Assembly: GCA_002269645.1 (NCBI GenBank)
Contig: NIVC01001623.1
Location: forward strand, 81,706 to 145,705
Origin: Macrostomum lignano
Lineage: Eukaryota
DNA: 64,000 bases
Reading direction: 5' to 3'
Shown: positions 24,546 through 36,089 of the stretch, piece by piece
Layout of the letters: the number at the start of each line of letters is the position of its first letter
Position numbering within the stretch: position 1 is the first letter of the stretch
Notes under the pieces: model-generated
What the model was told of the DNA's origin: nothing
Databases searched by the model: none
The model's input: only the letters and a program-made list of their open reading frames with translations
Position numbers and translations under genes: made by a program

Positions 24546-26356
24546 TTAGTTTGCTTCTTTTGCGAATTGTTTTTCTTTTGCTTCACCATTTTCCCTGAAC
24601 TGCACTTTCTTTCGCTTTCCTCTTGCCTTTCTTGGTTCTTGTGTTTTTCTGTTTTTGGTTGACTCAATTTTGCGACTTACCCCTGGTCAGCCACGATTTA
24701 CGGTGGCCGGATCGGCCAGGTCGGCCAGCAGTTGCGCATGTATGTATTACAATACAAGGGTAAGCCTACTACTTTAACATAGGATAATATAGTGTAACTA
24801 GGTAAATTTTTTAGGATAAATCTCTACAATATTTGAATTATTGGTTTATACACACAAAGTATGAAAATATGTCTATGGTCAAAAGACTAAGACAATACAA
24901 AGGGACCTTTTAAGGGCAATGCATTTGAGATTTAAAAAATTAGTTGCCAAGCTATCAATACTGGGATTCAAGTCAAGCCATTGCTTACTTTTCTAATTTT
25001 TAGACTACTACTCTAGATAGCTAGACAACTAGTAGCCTCGAGTTGGAATGTGCCACCTGTGGAAGTATAGCTAGGTTTAGAGTGGTGATTGACTATAACA
25101 AACAAATTTGCTATCAGTACATATTAAACTATTAATTTGTTCACTTGTTTCATATTTTGGACTCTAAAATAGAAAGAAATTAAATTAAAGCAAAAATAAT
25201 ATAATGAATGATTCTATAGAGTATAGGTAGGCCTAGCCTCAAAAGATGTGGTATATCAAATATTTTTTGAAAATTGCTTTTTTATTTGAGCTAGATGGCA
25301 TTTTATTTTAAAAGATACAATTATAAAGTTGGAAATTTTCTAGTTTTCTTTGCATATCTATTTTTGAACATTTTTCTATAATCTTTTATTATTAAAATTG
25401 TTAAACCTGGATGTCTAGATAAGCTGGCATTTCTAATAATATGTCAGTTCTAGAATTTGGGCCAGGGGCCTAAACTTATTGTCAACCCAGAGTCTAGATT
25501 ATACTGGGTACCCAAACAAAAATTGAATAGTTAAAATACATGCTAAAAATGAGTATTCTCAAATCTAGGCCAGTATTGCAAGAATAAATAACATTTTTTA
25601 TATTGCAACTATAAATGCCATAGTGTAGATCATGCTAAGTACATACCAGAATGCTTTGAATTTTATTTCATTTCCTTGCTAACCCCAAGTAAATGCACAC
25701 CAATGCCAATTGCAGTTGCAACAATAGGCCCCCTTGGCCCCCTCCAAATTTATCCCCCTCCTATACTCTCTCTTTTGGGTATTGAATGGGCTTCCCCCCA
25801 AATTAAATTTCTGGCTACGCCAATGGCAACAATAAAGGACCTTTTTTGGTTTTCATTTTATAATCTAAGTTTTGGTTAAAACTAAACTAATGATACAACC
25901 TATATGTACATGGTCCTACTAACAAACTGTCAATATCTTTTCAATTATTTATATTTATCCTACTTAATACCTTTAGAAAAAACACTTCTAATTTTGCCTT
26001 GAATTGTAAAAAAAAACTTTCTGTGGCAAATAACTTTGAACATCTATCTATCATATGCCTTACACTGATATGCCATAATGCACATTGCATGCCAATTGTG
26101 TATGCTCATAACTATACTTTCTTTCAGTTGCTTGATGATATTTTAAAATGCATGATATACATGTTGACATTTTCAATGCATGCTGGAAAATTCTGACATG
26201 CACTACATCTTCCAAAGATAGGTACAAATGACCTTTTTGTTTTGCAACTATTTCAAGCTTTCCAGTTTCTAGGCTTGTAATAAGGCATTTTAACAAGTGT
26301 TTATGCATATCAATTTTCTGCTTTAAATAGTATAAACAAAAAAATGAGTAATCAAC

Positions 26357-26421
26357 CAAATTATCAGCCAATAAAGGACCCTTATTGGCCCTTTAATTAC
26401 CCTTTATTGGCTGATAATTTG
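26357..26421. repeat. Perfect 21-bp inverted repeat with 23-nt spacer
   Basis: caaattatcagccaataaagg (26357-26377) / cctttattggctgataatttg (26401-26421). Confidence 0.9.
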
Positions 26422-27379
26422 CTTAAAAACTTTAAAGCTTGAAATTTACACTTAAAAATGAACTTTTCAATCTTTTTTTCCAGAACAACAATGTCATTGA
26501 CTTTGAGGTGATATCTTACATACAAGATACTAATGGTAATTTTAGCAAAGCAGCATGCTTTGCCATATAAGTAGCATTGTTAGTGATCAAATATTGATAG
26601 CTTTAATATGAAAACTGAGATAAATATAAGTGAATGAAATAGACATGGTGAAAGTCTAACAAAAGTGGTAATGGGTAAATATATTGTATAAAATGCAAAA
26701 AGTCTTTAAGTCTTGGGTTTTTAGTTTTTAAAGTCTAGTTTCTAAGTTTACATATATATTTTAAACAAGATAACTTATATAAGATAACTAATAGAAGATG
26801 TATCATAAAAGTATAAAACTCTAACTAGACATAATATAGAAGTTACTAAAATAAAATATTATAGTGTTTATTATTAGAAATAACAAAAAATATAAAAAAT
26901 GCACACAAATGATGATGCAAAGCAACCTAGAAAATTGCTATCAAATTCTTATTTTGTTTGTTTATTAAAGATTTAAATGTCTAATATATTTTATTTATAT
27001 AGTCTATTCTCTAATCAAGATCTAGATTATAAAAAATCATATGCATTGTAGTTTTTCTATGACCTATACTATATTATAGGATAGCTCTTAACTAACAAAT
27101 AGAAGTTAGAAGTTTTTATTATATTATGCTTATGGAGAAAATATATAAAAATGTTTCTTATTATCTGTATATACTGAAACAAAAATTATTAAGTTAAAAT
27201 TTTACTAATATCTTTTATTTAGAAAAATAACTAGTGTAAGGCACAACTAAGACAATTAGTTATGATATATAATTATCATTTTAAAATGTAAAACTTAGTC
27301 AGTTAGCCAATATTGTCTTGGTTAAATCTATGCCTAGCTATATATCAATTAGAATTCAATCAATTCAGTGAAACTGCAT

Positions 27380-28250
27380 ATGCCAACTACCCATCCTATA
27401 ACCTCATACACAACTATCCTATCCTGCACCCCACATGCCAATTACCCCATCCTGCATCCCACATGCCAACTACCTTATCCTGCACCCCACATGCCAACTA
27501 TCTTATCCTGCACCCCACATGCCAACTACACATCCTGCACCCCATATGCCAATTACCCCATCCTGTACCCCACATGCCAACTACCCATACATGCGCAACA
27601 GTCGGCCGAGTCGGCCGATCCGGCCGACCGATTTGGCAGCAAACCAAGGAAGTCGCAAAAATGCCCACCCGAAAAAATAACCGAGTAGTAGTACTAAGTA
27701 GCTGACGAGGCATTTTGGCTTAATAAGACAGTTATAGTTACTCCTGCCGTTTACCCAAAGTTGCGTTAATTTTGCTTCAGGGTTTTTAACATGTAAGTCG
27801 CATTTTTGGCCAAAAACTACGTCGCATTTTTGTTAAAACTAAGTCGCATGGCCGACCGAATTTCGGAGGTTGCGCATGTATGCAACTACCCCATCCTGCA
27901 CCCCACACACCAACTACCCCATCTTGCACCCCACACACTAACTACCCCATCTTGCACCCCACATGCCAACTACCCCATCTTGCACCCCACATGCCAACTA
28001 CCCCATCTTGCACCCCACATGCCAACTACCCCATCCTGCACCCCACACACTAACTACCCCATCTTGCACCCCACATGCCAACTACCCCATCCTGCACCCC
28101 ACACACTAACTACCCCATCTTGCACCCCACATGCCAACTACCCCATCCTGCACCCCACACACTAACTACCCCATCTTGCACCCCACATGCCAACTACCCC
28201 ATCTTGCACCCCACACTCCAGACACCAACTACCCCATCCTGCACCCCACA
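27380..28250. repeat. Tandem array of 28-30-bp unit ATGCCAACTACCCCATCCTGCACCCCAC, split by a MITE
   Basis: Units are visible on both sides of 27586-27882; left-side units are more diverged. Confidence 0.95.
27586..27882. mobile_element. 297-bp MITE of the same family as the 4.9-kb element, in opposite orientation
   Basis: TIR CATACATGCGCAAC at both ends; TSD CAACTACC at 27578-27585 and 27883-27890. Subterminal GCGACTTA motifs and both end sequences are shared with 19836-24744. Confidence 0.95.
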
Positions 28251-28384
28251 CACCCGTCAGCCCAATTTCTTTGTCAATTGTAAATTGTCAATTGCTTCTT
28301 ACAGCATAATTTGCTGAATATTAGGAGTATAAATCAAAGTTAAGGCTTCGCAACCCCGGCACTGCACCAGCAGCCCCCGCAGCC

Positions 28385-31300
28385 ATGGCCAGCCCAGGCT
28401 CAACCGGCACCAGGATCCAGACATTCCGCCCCACCATGGAGGAGTTCCGCGACTTCAACGCCTACATCGCCAAGATCGAGTCGGCCGACGCGCACCTGGC
28501 CGGGGTGTGCAAGATCGTGCCGCCGGCCGAGTGGGTGCCCCGCCGCGGAGGCTACGCGGACCTGGACCAGCTGGTCATCCCCGGCCCCATCAGGCAGAAG
28601 GTCTGCGGCACGGGCGGCGTGTTCAGCCAGTGGAACGAGCTGCAGAAGCCGCTGACAGTGGCAAGCTTTCGGCAGCTAGCCACCAGCGGCAAGTACCAGA
28701 CCCCTGCCCACACAGACATGGAGCACCTGGAGAAGAAGTACTGGGCCAACCTCACCATCAACCCCGGCATCTACGGCGCCGACGTCAGCGGCTCCGTCAC
28801 CGACCCCGACCAGACCTGCTGGAACATCGCCAACCTGGGCAGCATCCTCGACGAGATCGGGCTGGACTCCGGAGTCAAGATCGAGGGCGTGAACACGCCC
28901 TACCTGTACTTCGGCATGTGGAAGACCTCGTTCCCCTGGCACACGGAGGACATGGACCTGTACTCCATCAACTACATCCACTTCGGCGCCCCCAAGCACT
29001 GGTACGCCGTGCCGCCCGCCCACGGCCGCAAGCTGGAGCGCCTCGCCCAGAGCTTCTTCGGCGCCTCCTACAAGAGCTGCCCGGCGTTCCTGCGGCACAA
29101 AACCACTCTGATCAGTCCGCAGGTGCTGCACAAGTACGGCGTGCCCTTTGACAAGATCACGCAGCACTCGGGCGAGATCATCATCACCTTTCCGTACGGC
29201 TACCACAGCGGCTTCAACGTTGGCTACAACTGCGCCGAGAGCACCAACTTTGCTAGCAGGCGCTGGATTTCCTACGGCAAGAAGGCCGCTCTCTGCTGCT
29301 GCCAGAAGGACAGCGTCAAGATCGACATGGGCCTGTTTGTGCGCAAGTTCGAGCCGGACAAGTGAGTTTGAGAGGCCTTGTACGGGGGGGGGCAATCCTT
29401 TCTATATACCTTCATTCGTTGGTAAAGGGGGCCGTAGCCCAGCAGTCTAGTGCCGGCTCTGGTGTGCCAGCGACCCAGGCTCGATTCCAAGTGCAGTCAT
29501 TAATTTGGGGCTGAATTGGAATCTCAGCTTGGCTCTGCTCGTGCAATTAACGGCCTTGAGAGCCAACCGCCCAAGGCGCAATGAAGTTGTACATGCCTAA
29601 CGATAATATAAAGTTAGGGCCGCTGTACACTCCTGTGTGAGTGTGTGCCTGCGTACGTATCCGTGCGCTTGTGTGCCTGCTCAGGGGAGTCGGCGGAATG
29701 GGCAGTAATGCCTCTCGCCGGTTGTGTGCCTATGTCGCTTAAAGTCCGCCAGGGTGCACACAACCCCCTGCCTCTAATAAAAAAAAATTCATTCGTTGGT
29801 AAGAGCAAGGCTGGGCACATACTTTTGAGACTCCTTGAGGCCTGGAATCTTCTGGTTACTATTAATGCCTTTTCAGCCTACTTTTCAGTAGCCAGTAGCG
29901 CACCAGCATCAAATCAATGATGGCGCAATTCCTCGCCTGTTGTCCCCGCAGATACGAGGACTGGCTGGAGGGCCGCGACGCCAGCCCGCACCCCGAGGAC
30001 GACATCAAGCGGCAGCGGCGACCAACGCAGCCGGCGCCAACGCCGCAGCCGCAGGCGCCCGTCGTCTCCTCTTCCGCTGACACAGCTGCCGCAGCCGACT
30101 GGGACGCCGGCAGCGACCATTCGTCCGACATTCCGTCGCTGACGCTGAGCGACGATCCGCGCCGGCACTGCGGCCCCATTGAGTTGCTGCGCGAGGCCGC
30201 CGCCACCTCCGCGGCTGCTGCTTCGATCGGCGGCGAGGCTGAGGCGCCAGCAGCCGCCACCGTCTCCGCCGACGCCTGCCCGGTGCAGTTCGGCGCCAGC
30301 GGCCGCCGCTTCGTGGCCGCCCAGGGCGCCCTGTGGGCGGACGCGCCGGCCAACCCGGCGGCGGAGGCGGCGCTAAACGAGCGAATGGCGCTGGTGGAGC
30401 CGCATTGCGCCGTCTGCACCTTCTTCCTGCTGCCGGACCGCCGCGCCGAGGTCCTCTGGTCCGGCTTCTCGCCTAGGAAGCAGTGCCCGCAGAGCCGCTC
30501 CTCAGTCTGGCTGCCCGAGCTGCTGTTCGCCAAGGACGGCCCCTTCGATCTGGGCCGGTCTGCCGTGGAATTCTCCGCTGTGCTGCAGTGTGCCAGGTCT
30601 GCACCTCGCTGCTAACTGGCTCAGATTGTTCTCACTCAGACATTGGGAGTGCTGCTAGCTCTCTGCCTTCCCCTGACTGCCCCTGCTGTCCTCTGACTGC
30701 CCCTGTTGTCCCCTGATTGCCCCTGCTGTCCCCTGACTGCCCCTGCTGTCCCCTGACTGCCCCTGCTGTCTCCTGACTGCCCCTGCTGTCCCCTGACTGC
30801 CCCTGCTGTCCCCTGACTGCCCCTGCTGTCTCCTGACTCCCCTGACTGCCCCTGCTGTCCCCTGACTGCCCCTGCTGTCTCCTGACTCCCCTGACTGCCC
30901 CTGCTGTCCCCTGACTGCCCCTGCTGTCCCCTGACTGCCCCTGCTGTCCCCTGACTGCCCCTGCTGTCCCCTGACTCCCCTGACTGCCCCTGCTGTCCCC
31001 TGACCCTCCCTGCCGCCTCTTTGACTCTCTCTGCTGCCTGCCTGACTCTCTCTGCTGCCTTCCTGACTCTCTATGCTGCCTTCCTGACTCTCTCTGCTGC
31101 CTTCCTGACTCTCTCTGCTGCCTTCCTGACTCTTTCTGCTGCCTTCCTGACTCTCTATGCTGCCTTCCTGACTCTCTCTGCTGCCTTCCTGACTCTTTCT
31201 GCTGCCTTCCTGACTCTCTCTGCTGCCTTCCTGACTCTCTCTGCTGCCTGCCGGACTCTCTGCTGCCTGCCTGACTCTCTCTGCTGCCTTCCTGACTCTT

Positions 31301-34300
31301 TCTGCCGCCTCCTGAATTGGCAAAACAGTTTTTATTCGGACTCAATTCTTTTAAGTTATGCACCTAAATTATCGAAGCATCATTCCTTAGGCACTACTTA
31401 CTAAGTAAGTAAAATAACATTTTCCTCAACTTCCCCAGGTGCCGAGTGGCCGTGCACGCATTTTGCTACGGCTGCCCGGAGGACACGCCAGCGGCCGGCT
31501 GGCTCTGCGACCGCTGCTGTTCCGACACCGCCGCTGGGGTGGACAAGGCGGCGGCTGCCGCTGCCCAGTGCCGTCTGTGCCGACACCGCGGCGGCGCCCT
31601 CAAGCCTGCGCTGCTGGCCGACGCCCCGGCATCTACTGGCGCCGTCATGTGGGCGCACGTTGCCTGCGCGTTGGCCGTCCGCGGCGCCACTTTCGGCGAC
31701 CTCGGCCGCCGGTCGCCCATCCTGCTGCCGCGGAAATTGACTGGAGAGGGCAAAGCCGCCAAGTTGTAAGCAGACAGTGTGAAATTGGCTGGAGAGGGCA
31801 AAGCCGCCAAGTTGTAAGCAGACAGTGTGAAATTGGCTGAGGATGGGTGCGGGGCTGGGATTAGAGAGCAAGGAGAATCAGGGAGACGACAGCAGGGGGC
31901 GTCAGGAGGCAGCAGGTAAAGTCAGGGGACAGCAGGGAGAGTCAGGAGGTGACAGGGAGAGTCTGGAGGCAGTAGGGAGAGTCGGGGGACAGCAGGGAGA
32001 GTCAGGAGGCGGCAAGGAGAGTCAGGAGGTGGCAGAGAGAGTCGTCGGGTGACAGGGAGAGTCAGGTGGTGACAGGGAGAGTCAGGTGGTGACAGGGAGT
32101 CAGTAGGCAGAAGAGAGAGTCAGGAGGCAGCAGGGAGAGTCAGGAGGCAATAGGGTGATTCGGGAGACATCAAGAAGAATCAGGAGGCAACAGGGAGAGT
32201 CAGGAGACAGCAGGGAGAGTCAGGAGACAGCAGGGAGAGTCAGGAGGCAGCAGGGAGAGTCAGGAGGCGGTAGGGAGAGTCAGGAGGCGGCAGGGAGAGT
32301 CAGGAGGCGGTAGGGAGAGTCAGGAGTCGGCAGGGAGAGTCAGGATACATCAGGGAGAGTCAGGATGCATCAGGGAGAGTCAGGAGGCGGCAGGGAGAGT
32401 CAGGATACATCAGAGAGAGTCAGGATGCATCAGGGAGAGTCAGGATACATCAGGGTGAGTCAGGATACATCAGGGTGAGTCAGGAGGCGGCAAGGAGAGT
32501 CAGCAGGGATCTGCAGTGCAGCCCTAAAGCCAACTGTCCCGACCGCAGGTGCTCGGTGTGCAACGGCAAGGCGGGGCCGCACCCGCTGTGCAAGTGCTCC
32601 TACAACTGCAGCACGCACTTCCACCCCAGCTGCGCCTACTACTCCGGCGCGCTGATCGAGGTGTACGACTGGCCCTGGCCCTCGTGGATCACCTGCCGGC
32701 GGCACCGGGGCTCCTTCGCCAGCTCGGAGTCGCAGCCGCCGGTGCAGATCAAGACCGGAGACCGGGTGGTGGCCAAGCACAAGAACGGCAGGTACTACCC
32801 GGGCCAGGTTGTGCAGCGGGTCAGCGCGCAGCAGTTCTCCGTGGACTTTCAGGACGGCTCGTTCAGCGAGGACGTGCCTCGGTCCAGCTTCATCGATGTC
32901 GCCGAGGACGCCGAGATGCCGAGCGTTGGCGACATGACTAAAGTGGTCTGGACTAACAATGAGGTTTGCATCTTCTATGCTCTGATTAATGGGAGCAGCC
33001 AGTTATTCTGGCTGCTCTCAACTTGTAACGCTACAGTGTTGAGTAAATTTTAAGTTTCCTCGCGATTCGCACCCATGGATGCCAGTGTGCAGTAGAAAGT
33101 CAGGCCCGCTGTACACCTTGGCTGAGCGGGTGCGTAGTCAGCAGAATGGGCATGACTTCTTAGCCGCTGTCATAGCTTGATCAGCGATGTTTGAGAAATT
33201 CGCAACATGGGGTCCATAGTCGCCACCTGTTGAGGGTCCAGAAGCTCTGCCTAGGCGAAGGGCTGAAGGCCAGCAGCCACCGAAGTCAGAGATGACGCAA
33301 AAACAGCAGTAGTTGACGTTGCTGAATGCACGAGCGCCATTGTGCTCAGGCTGCAGCCTCCCCTGCCCCATCCCCAGGTGTACACCGTGCGCTTCATGGG
33401 CAGCAGCATTGTGGACGAATTTCGGGTGCGCTTCGCCACCGGCGACGAATGCCAGCTGGAGCGGCGATTCGTCTACGCCGACGGCGAGGAGCTGCCTGCA
33501 AAAGTGCGCAACCGCCTGAGCCACTGCTCCGAGTCACGCAGCCTCGGCCACCTCGGCACCGGCCTGCTGGATGAGAGGAAACTTCGGCGACAGGTTCGCC
33601 GGCGAGGCAGCGTCAACGACGACCTGGATGAGGCTGGTAGCCATAGCAACAAAGAAGGCGCTAAGGCTGAAGCCGAGAATGGCAGTGACGAGGGCGCTGA
33701 GACAGTCGAAGATGCCACTGCATCAGCAGCCCCTGTTGAAAAAGAGCCGTCCGCTGCTTTGACAACTGAAACTGTTGTCAAGGACGCCGCTGCTATCATG
33801 GACCATTGTGTTTTGAATATAACTCCCGCATCTAGGGCTGCCCATGCGGCTAAAATTGCCGTGGCTCAGGAAACTCCTGCAGCTGCGAAACCTGCCGCTG
33901 CTAAGGAAGCCTCTGTTGCTAAGGAAGTTTCCGCTGCTATGGACGCCCCTGTTGCTAAGGTCGCTTCCGTTGCTATGGAAGTTTTCGCTACTGTAGACAC
34001 CCCTGTTGCTAAGGACGCTCCCGATGCTATGGATGCCCCCGTTACTAAGGAAGTTTCTTCTGTTATTGATGCCCCTGTTGATAACGTCGCCTCCATTCCT
34101 ATGGATCTCTCCGTTGCTACGGAAGATTTTGCTAAGGAATTGTCCGTTTCTGAAGAGACTGCAGTTGCCGCTGGAGATTCAGCTCCTGAAGAAGAAGAAG
34201 CTCTTGTTTCAAAAGAAGCACCTGTTGCCATGGAAACTGCTGTTGCTACGGAATCTCCTGTTTTGAACACCGCTATGAAGAGTGCACCAGTTAGGAGCTC

Positions 34301-35150
34301 TTCTAAGACATCCTGCTTGGACAGGCGCGCACAGAATCTTGCAGCGGAAGCTGTTAGCGGCAGCCCCTCGGTGTCTGAAGACGATGTGGTTACTAAGGAC
34401 GCTTCAAAAGCTATGGAATTGGCCGAGTCCGAGATTGCCAAGCATCCGACAGCCAAGATTCCTATTGGTCCAGTTGCCATGGATGCTCCTGTTGTCATGG
34501 ACACTGCCGTCACAAAGCACAGGCGCGCTCTTGAAGACGCCGCGGCAACCGCCAGACGCTACGCCAAAGCCAAAGAGACGGCCACCCCGGCAGCAACCGG
34601 GGAGTCGCAGCAGTGGCCGGCCGAATCGCGACCTTTGCCGCCGCTGCGTCCTCCGTCGCCCCTGACCGCTCTAACAGCCAGAGAGCGCCGCCTGCGGCGT
34701 CGGCACGTTTCCCTGGAGACGGCGGCCGTCGGGGATTCCGCAGAAAAATCCGGCGATGGCGACTCAGCGGCGCCGTCCGAAGAGAAACGGCAGCGCCGAT
34801 CCGACAGCTCGCGACCCGCTGAAGCCGCTGATCCGCAGTCCCGCCTCCCGAAGGCGCTGCCTCGGATGCCGCCAGTTGGAGGGGAGGTCGCGGACTCGCT
34901 GGCCGAATTCCTGGCCGAGGATTTCTACCCGCCCATGCCGCCTCCGCCGCGCCAGTCGCGAACGGCGCTCCGGCGCCACAACCGGCGCTGCCGGCCCGAC
35001 TTGAGCCGCGCTGGTGGCGACACCGCGCCGACAGCCGCCGCCGCGCCGGAATCGCCTGCCGTTGGCAGCTCTGCGGAGGCCGCCGATGCCGGCAGCTCCA
35101 GGCGCTGCTCGCAGCGACTACGCGGCGCCGGCAGCTCGCCAGCGCTTTGA
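28385..35150 (+). CDS. KDM4: KDM4/JMJD2 histone demethylase (JmjN, JmjC, PHD fingers, double Tudor); exons 28385-29361, 29952-30596, 31439-31765, about 32507-32963, 33378-35150; about 1390 aa
   Basis: Jmj[10 protein letters not shown]...AGVCKIVPP; JmjC with Fe ligands HTEDMDLYS and GYHSGFN; [17 protein letters not shown]; Tudor AKHKNGRYY...VDFQDGS...VWTNNEVY. All GT-AG junctions are phase-compatible. The exon 4 acceptor is the least certain. Confidence 0.95.
30660..31315. repeat. KDM4 intron 2 pyrimidine-rich tandem arrays (CCCCTGACTGCCCCTGCTGT; GCTGCCTTCCTGACTCTCTCT)
   Basis: Directly visible 20-21-bp units. Confidence 0.92.
31880..32500. repeat. KDM4 intron 3 purine-rich tandem array (CAGGAGGCAGCAGGGAGAGT), reverse complement of the intron 2 family
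   Basis: The reverse complement of GAGAGTCAGGAGGCAGCAGGG is CCCTGCTGCCTCCTGACTCTC, matching intron 2 units. Confidence 0.9.
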
Positions 35151-35699
35151 GATTTCTGCTTTTAGGGGACAGAATCTGGGCTGCGGGACTACGGGGGTCT
35201 CGGATGAAATTGACTGTACATACTAATATTTGATTTTATTGTAGTTTATGAATTCCTTTTTAATACTGACTATTAGCACCGGCTCATAAAATGGATAGGT
35301 TAATAACGCAATTAAAATGCTAACAATTGTATCAATTGTTTCATATTTAGTGCTAACAATTGCAGTAGCAAATATTCACGATTTTATGCTCTTTTCCATT
35401 CAGTGTTTTGCCTACTAATAGTGCACACATGTTGTTCCCTCTGATCTGTTTGTGCAGTTCAAGTGCACACCTGCTTGTGTCTGGCATGCCCGGCACCCGC
35501 TTGCTGTTGTACATGTTGTTTTGCACCCCGTGGTTATTCCCTCCTGTTTTAGTTTTCTTGTGTTTGAAGCAAGTTCTGTCACTGCTTCAGCGTTTTATGC
35601 CCAGCCATTTCTCACATTTAATATTGCTCTTTGTTCCTGTCTTTGTCCTCATTTCCCTGCTTTGTACAAACTGTTTGCACTCTTATCTTTGGGTGTCTG

Positions 35700-36060
35700 C
35701 TGCTGCTGCTGCTGCTCACTGCTTGCAGCAATGCTTTTTGCGTTCTGAACTGCTCGCTGTGTCTCCTAAGTTCTGCTTCTAGCAGCTGACAGCCCCACTT
35801 GCTGCGGCTGAGCCTGTCTGACTCATTTTTATCCCAGACATTCTATTGTGTGTTGACCAGTGTGTGTGCAAGCCGCGTTGCCACCGGCAAATATACATTG
35901 TCATCAGCATAGTCAATTGACGAAATCCTGACATCTCAAAGTCTTCGCAAACGCCTTCATTTTCTGCATGGGGAGATTGATTATAAACCTTGAACCAAGG
36001 TTTTGAAATCCTCGTTCTTGACTTGAATAGTTTTGTGGTCATACTAAAAGCACAAACAGC
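35700..36060 (-). pseudogene. Possible heavily degraded non-LTR reverse transcriptase remnant
   Basis: A minus frame reads VRISSIDYADDNVYL (YADD at 35900-35914), followed after a frameshift by SGIKMS, with several stops. Weak RT-like words also occur at 37500-38100. Support is thin. Confidence 0.3.
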
Positions 36061-36089
36061 TGCTACTGCAGTTGAGAATGAACTCAAGT

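Larger units (their letters stand above)
19836..24744. mobile_element. 4.9-kb DNA transposon derivative: 14-bp TIR CATACATGCGCAAC, 8-bp TSD (P/hAT-like)
   Basis: Perfect TIRs at 19836-19849 and 24731-24744; TSD TATTACAA at 19828-19835 and 24745-24752. No intact transposase is recognisable inside. Confidence 0.92.
19690..25200. repeat. Old inverted-repeat host element (arms about 19690-19826 and 25085-25200) interrupted by the 4.9-kb transposon
   Basis: gcaagtaaacaaattaatagtttaacatgtactagtggcaaatttgtttgttatagtcaat recurs inverted at 25089-25150, differing mostly by transitions. Confidence 0.65.

Noticed and set aside
25705-25830. Degraded MITE with a TGGCTACGCCA end
   Set aside because: Only one recognisable terminus and no TSD.
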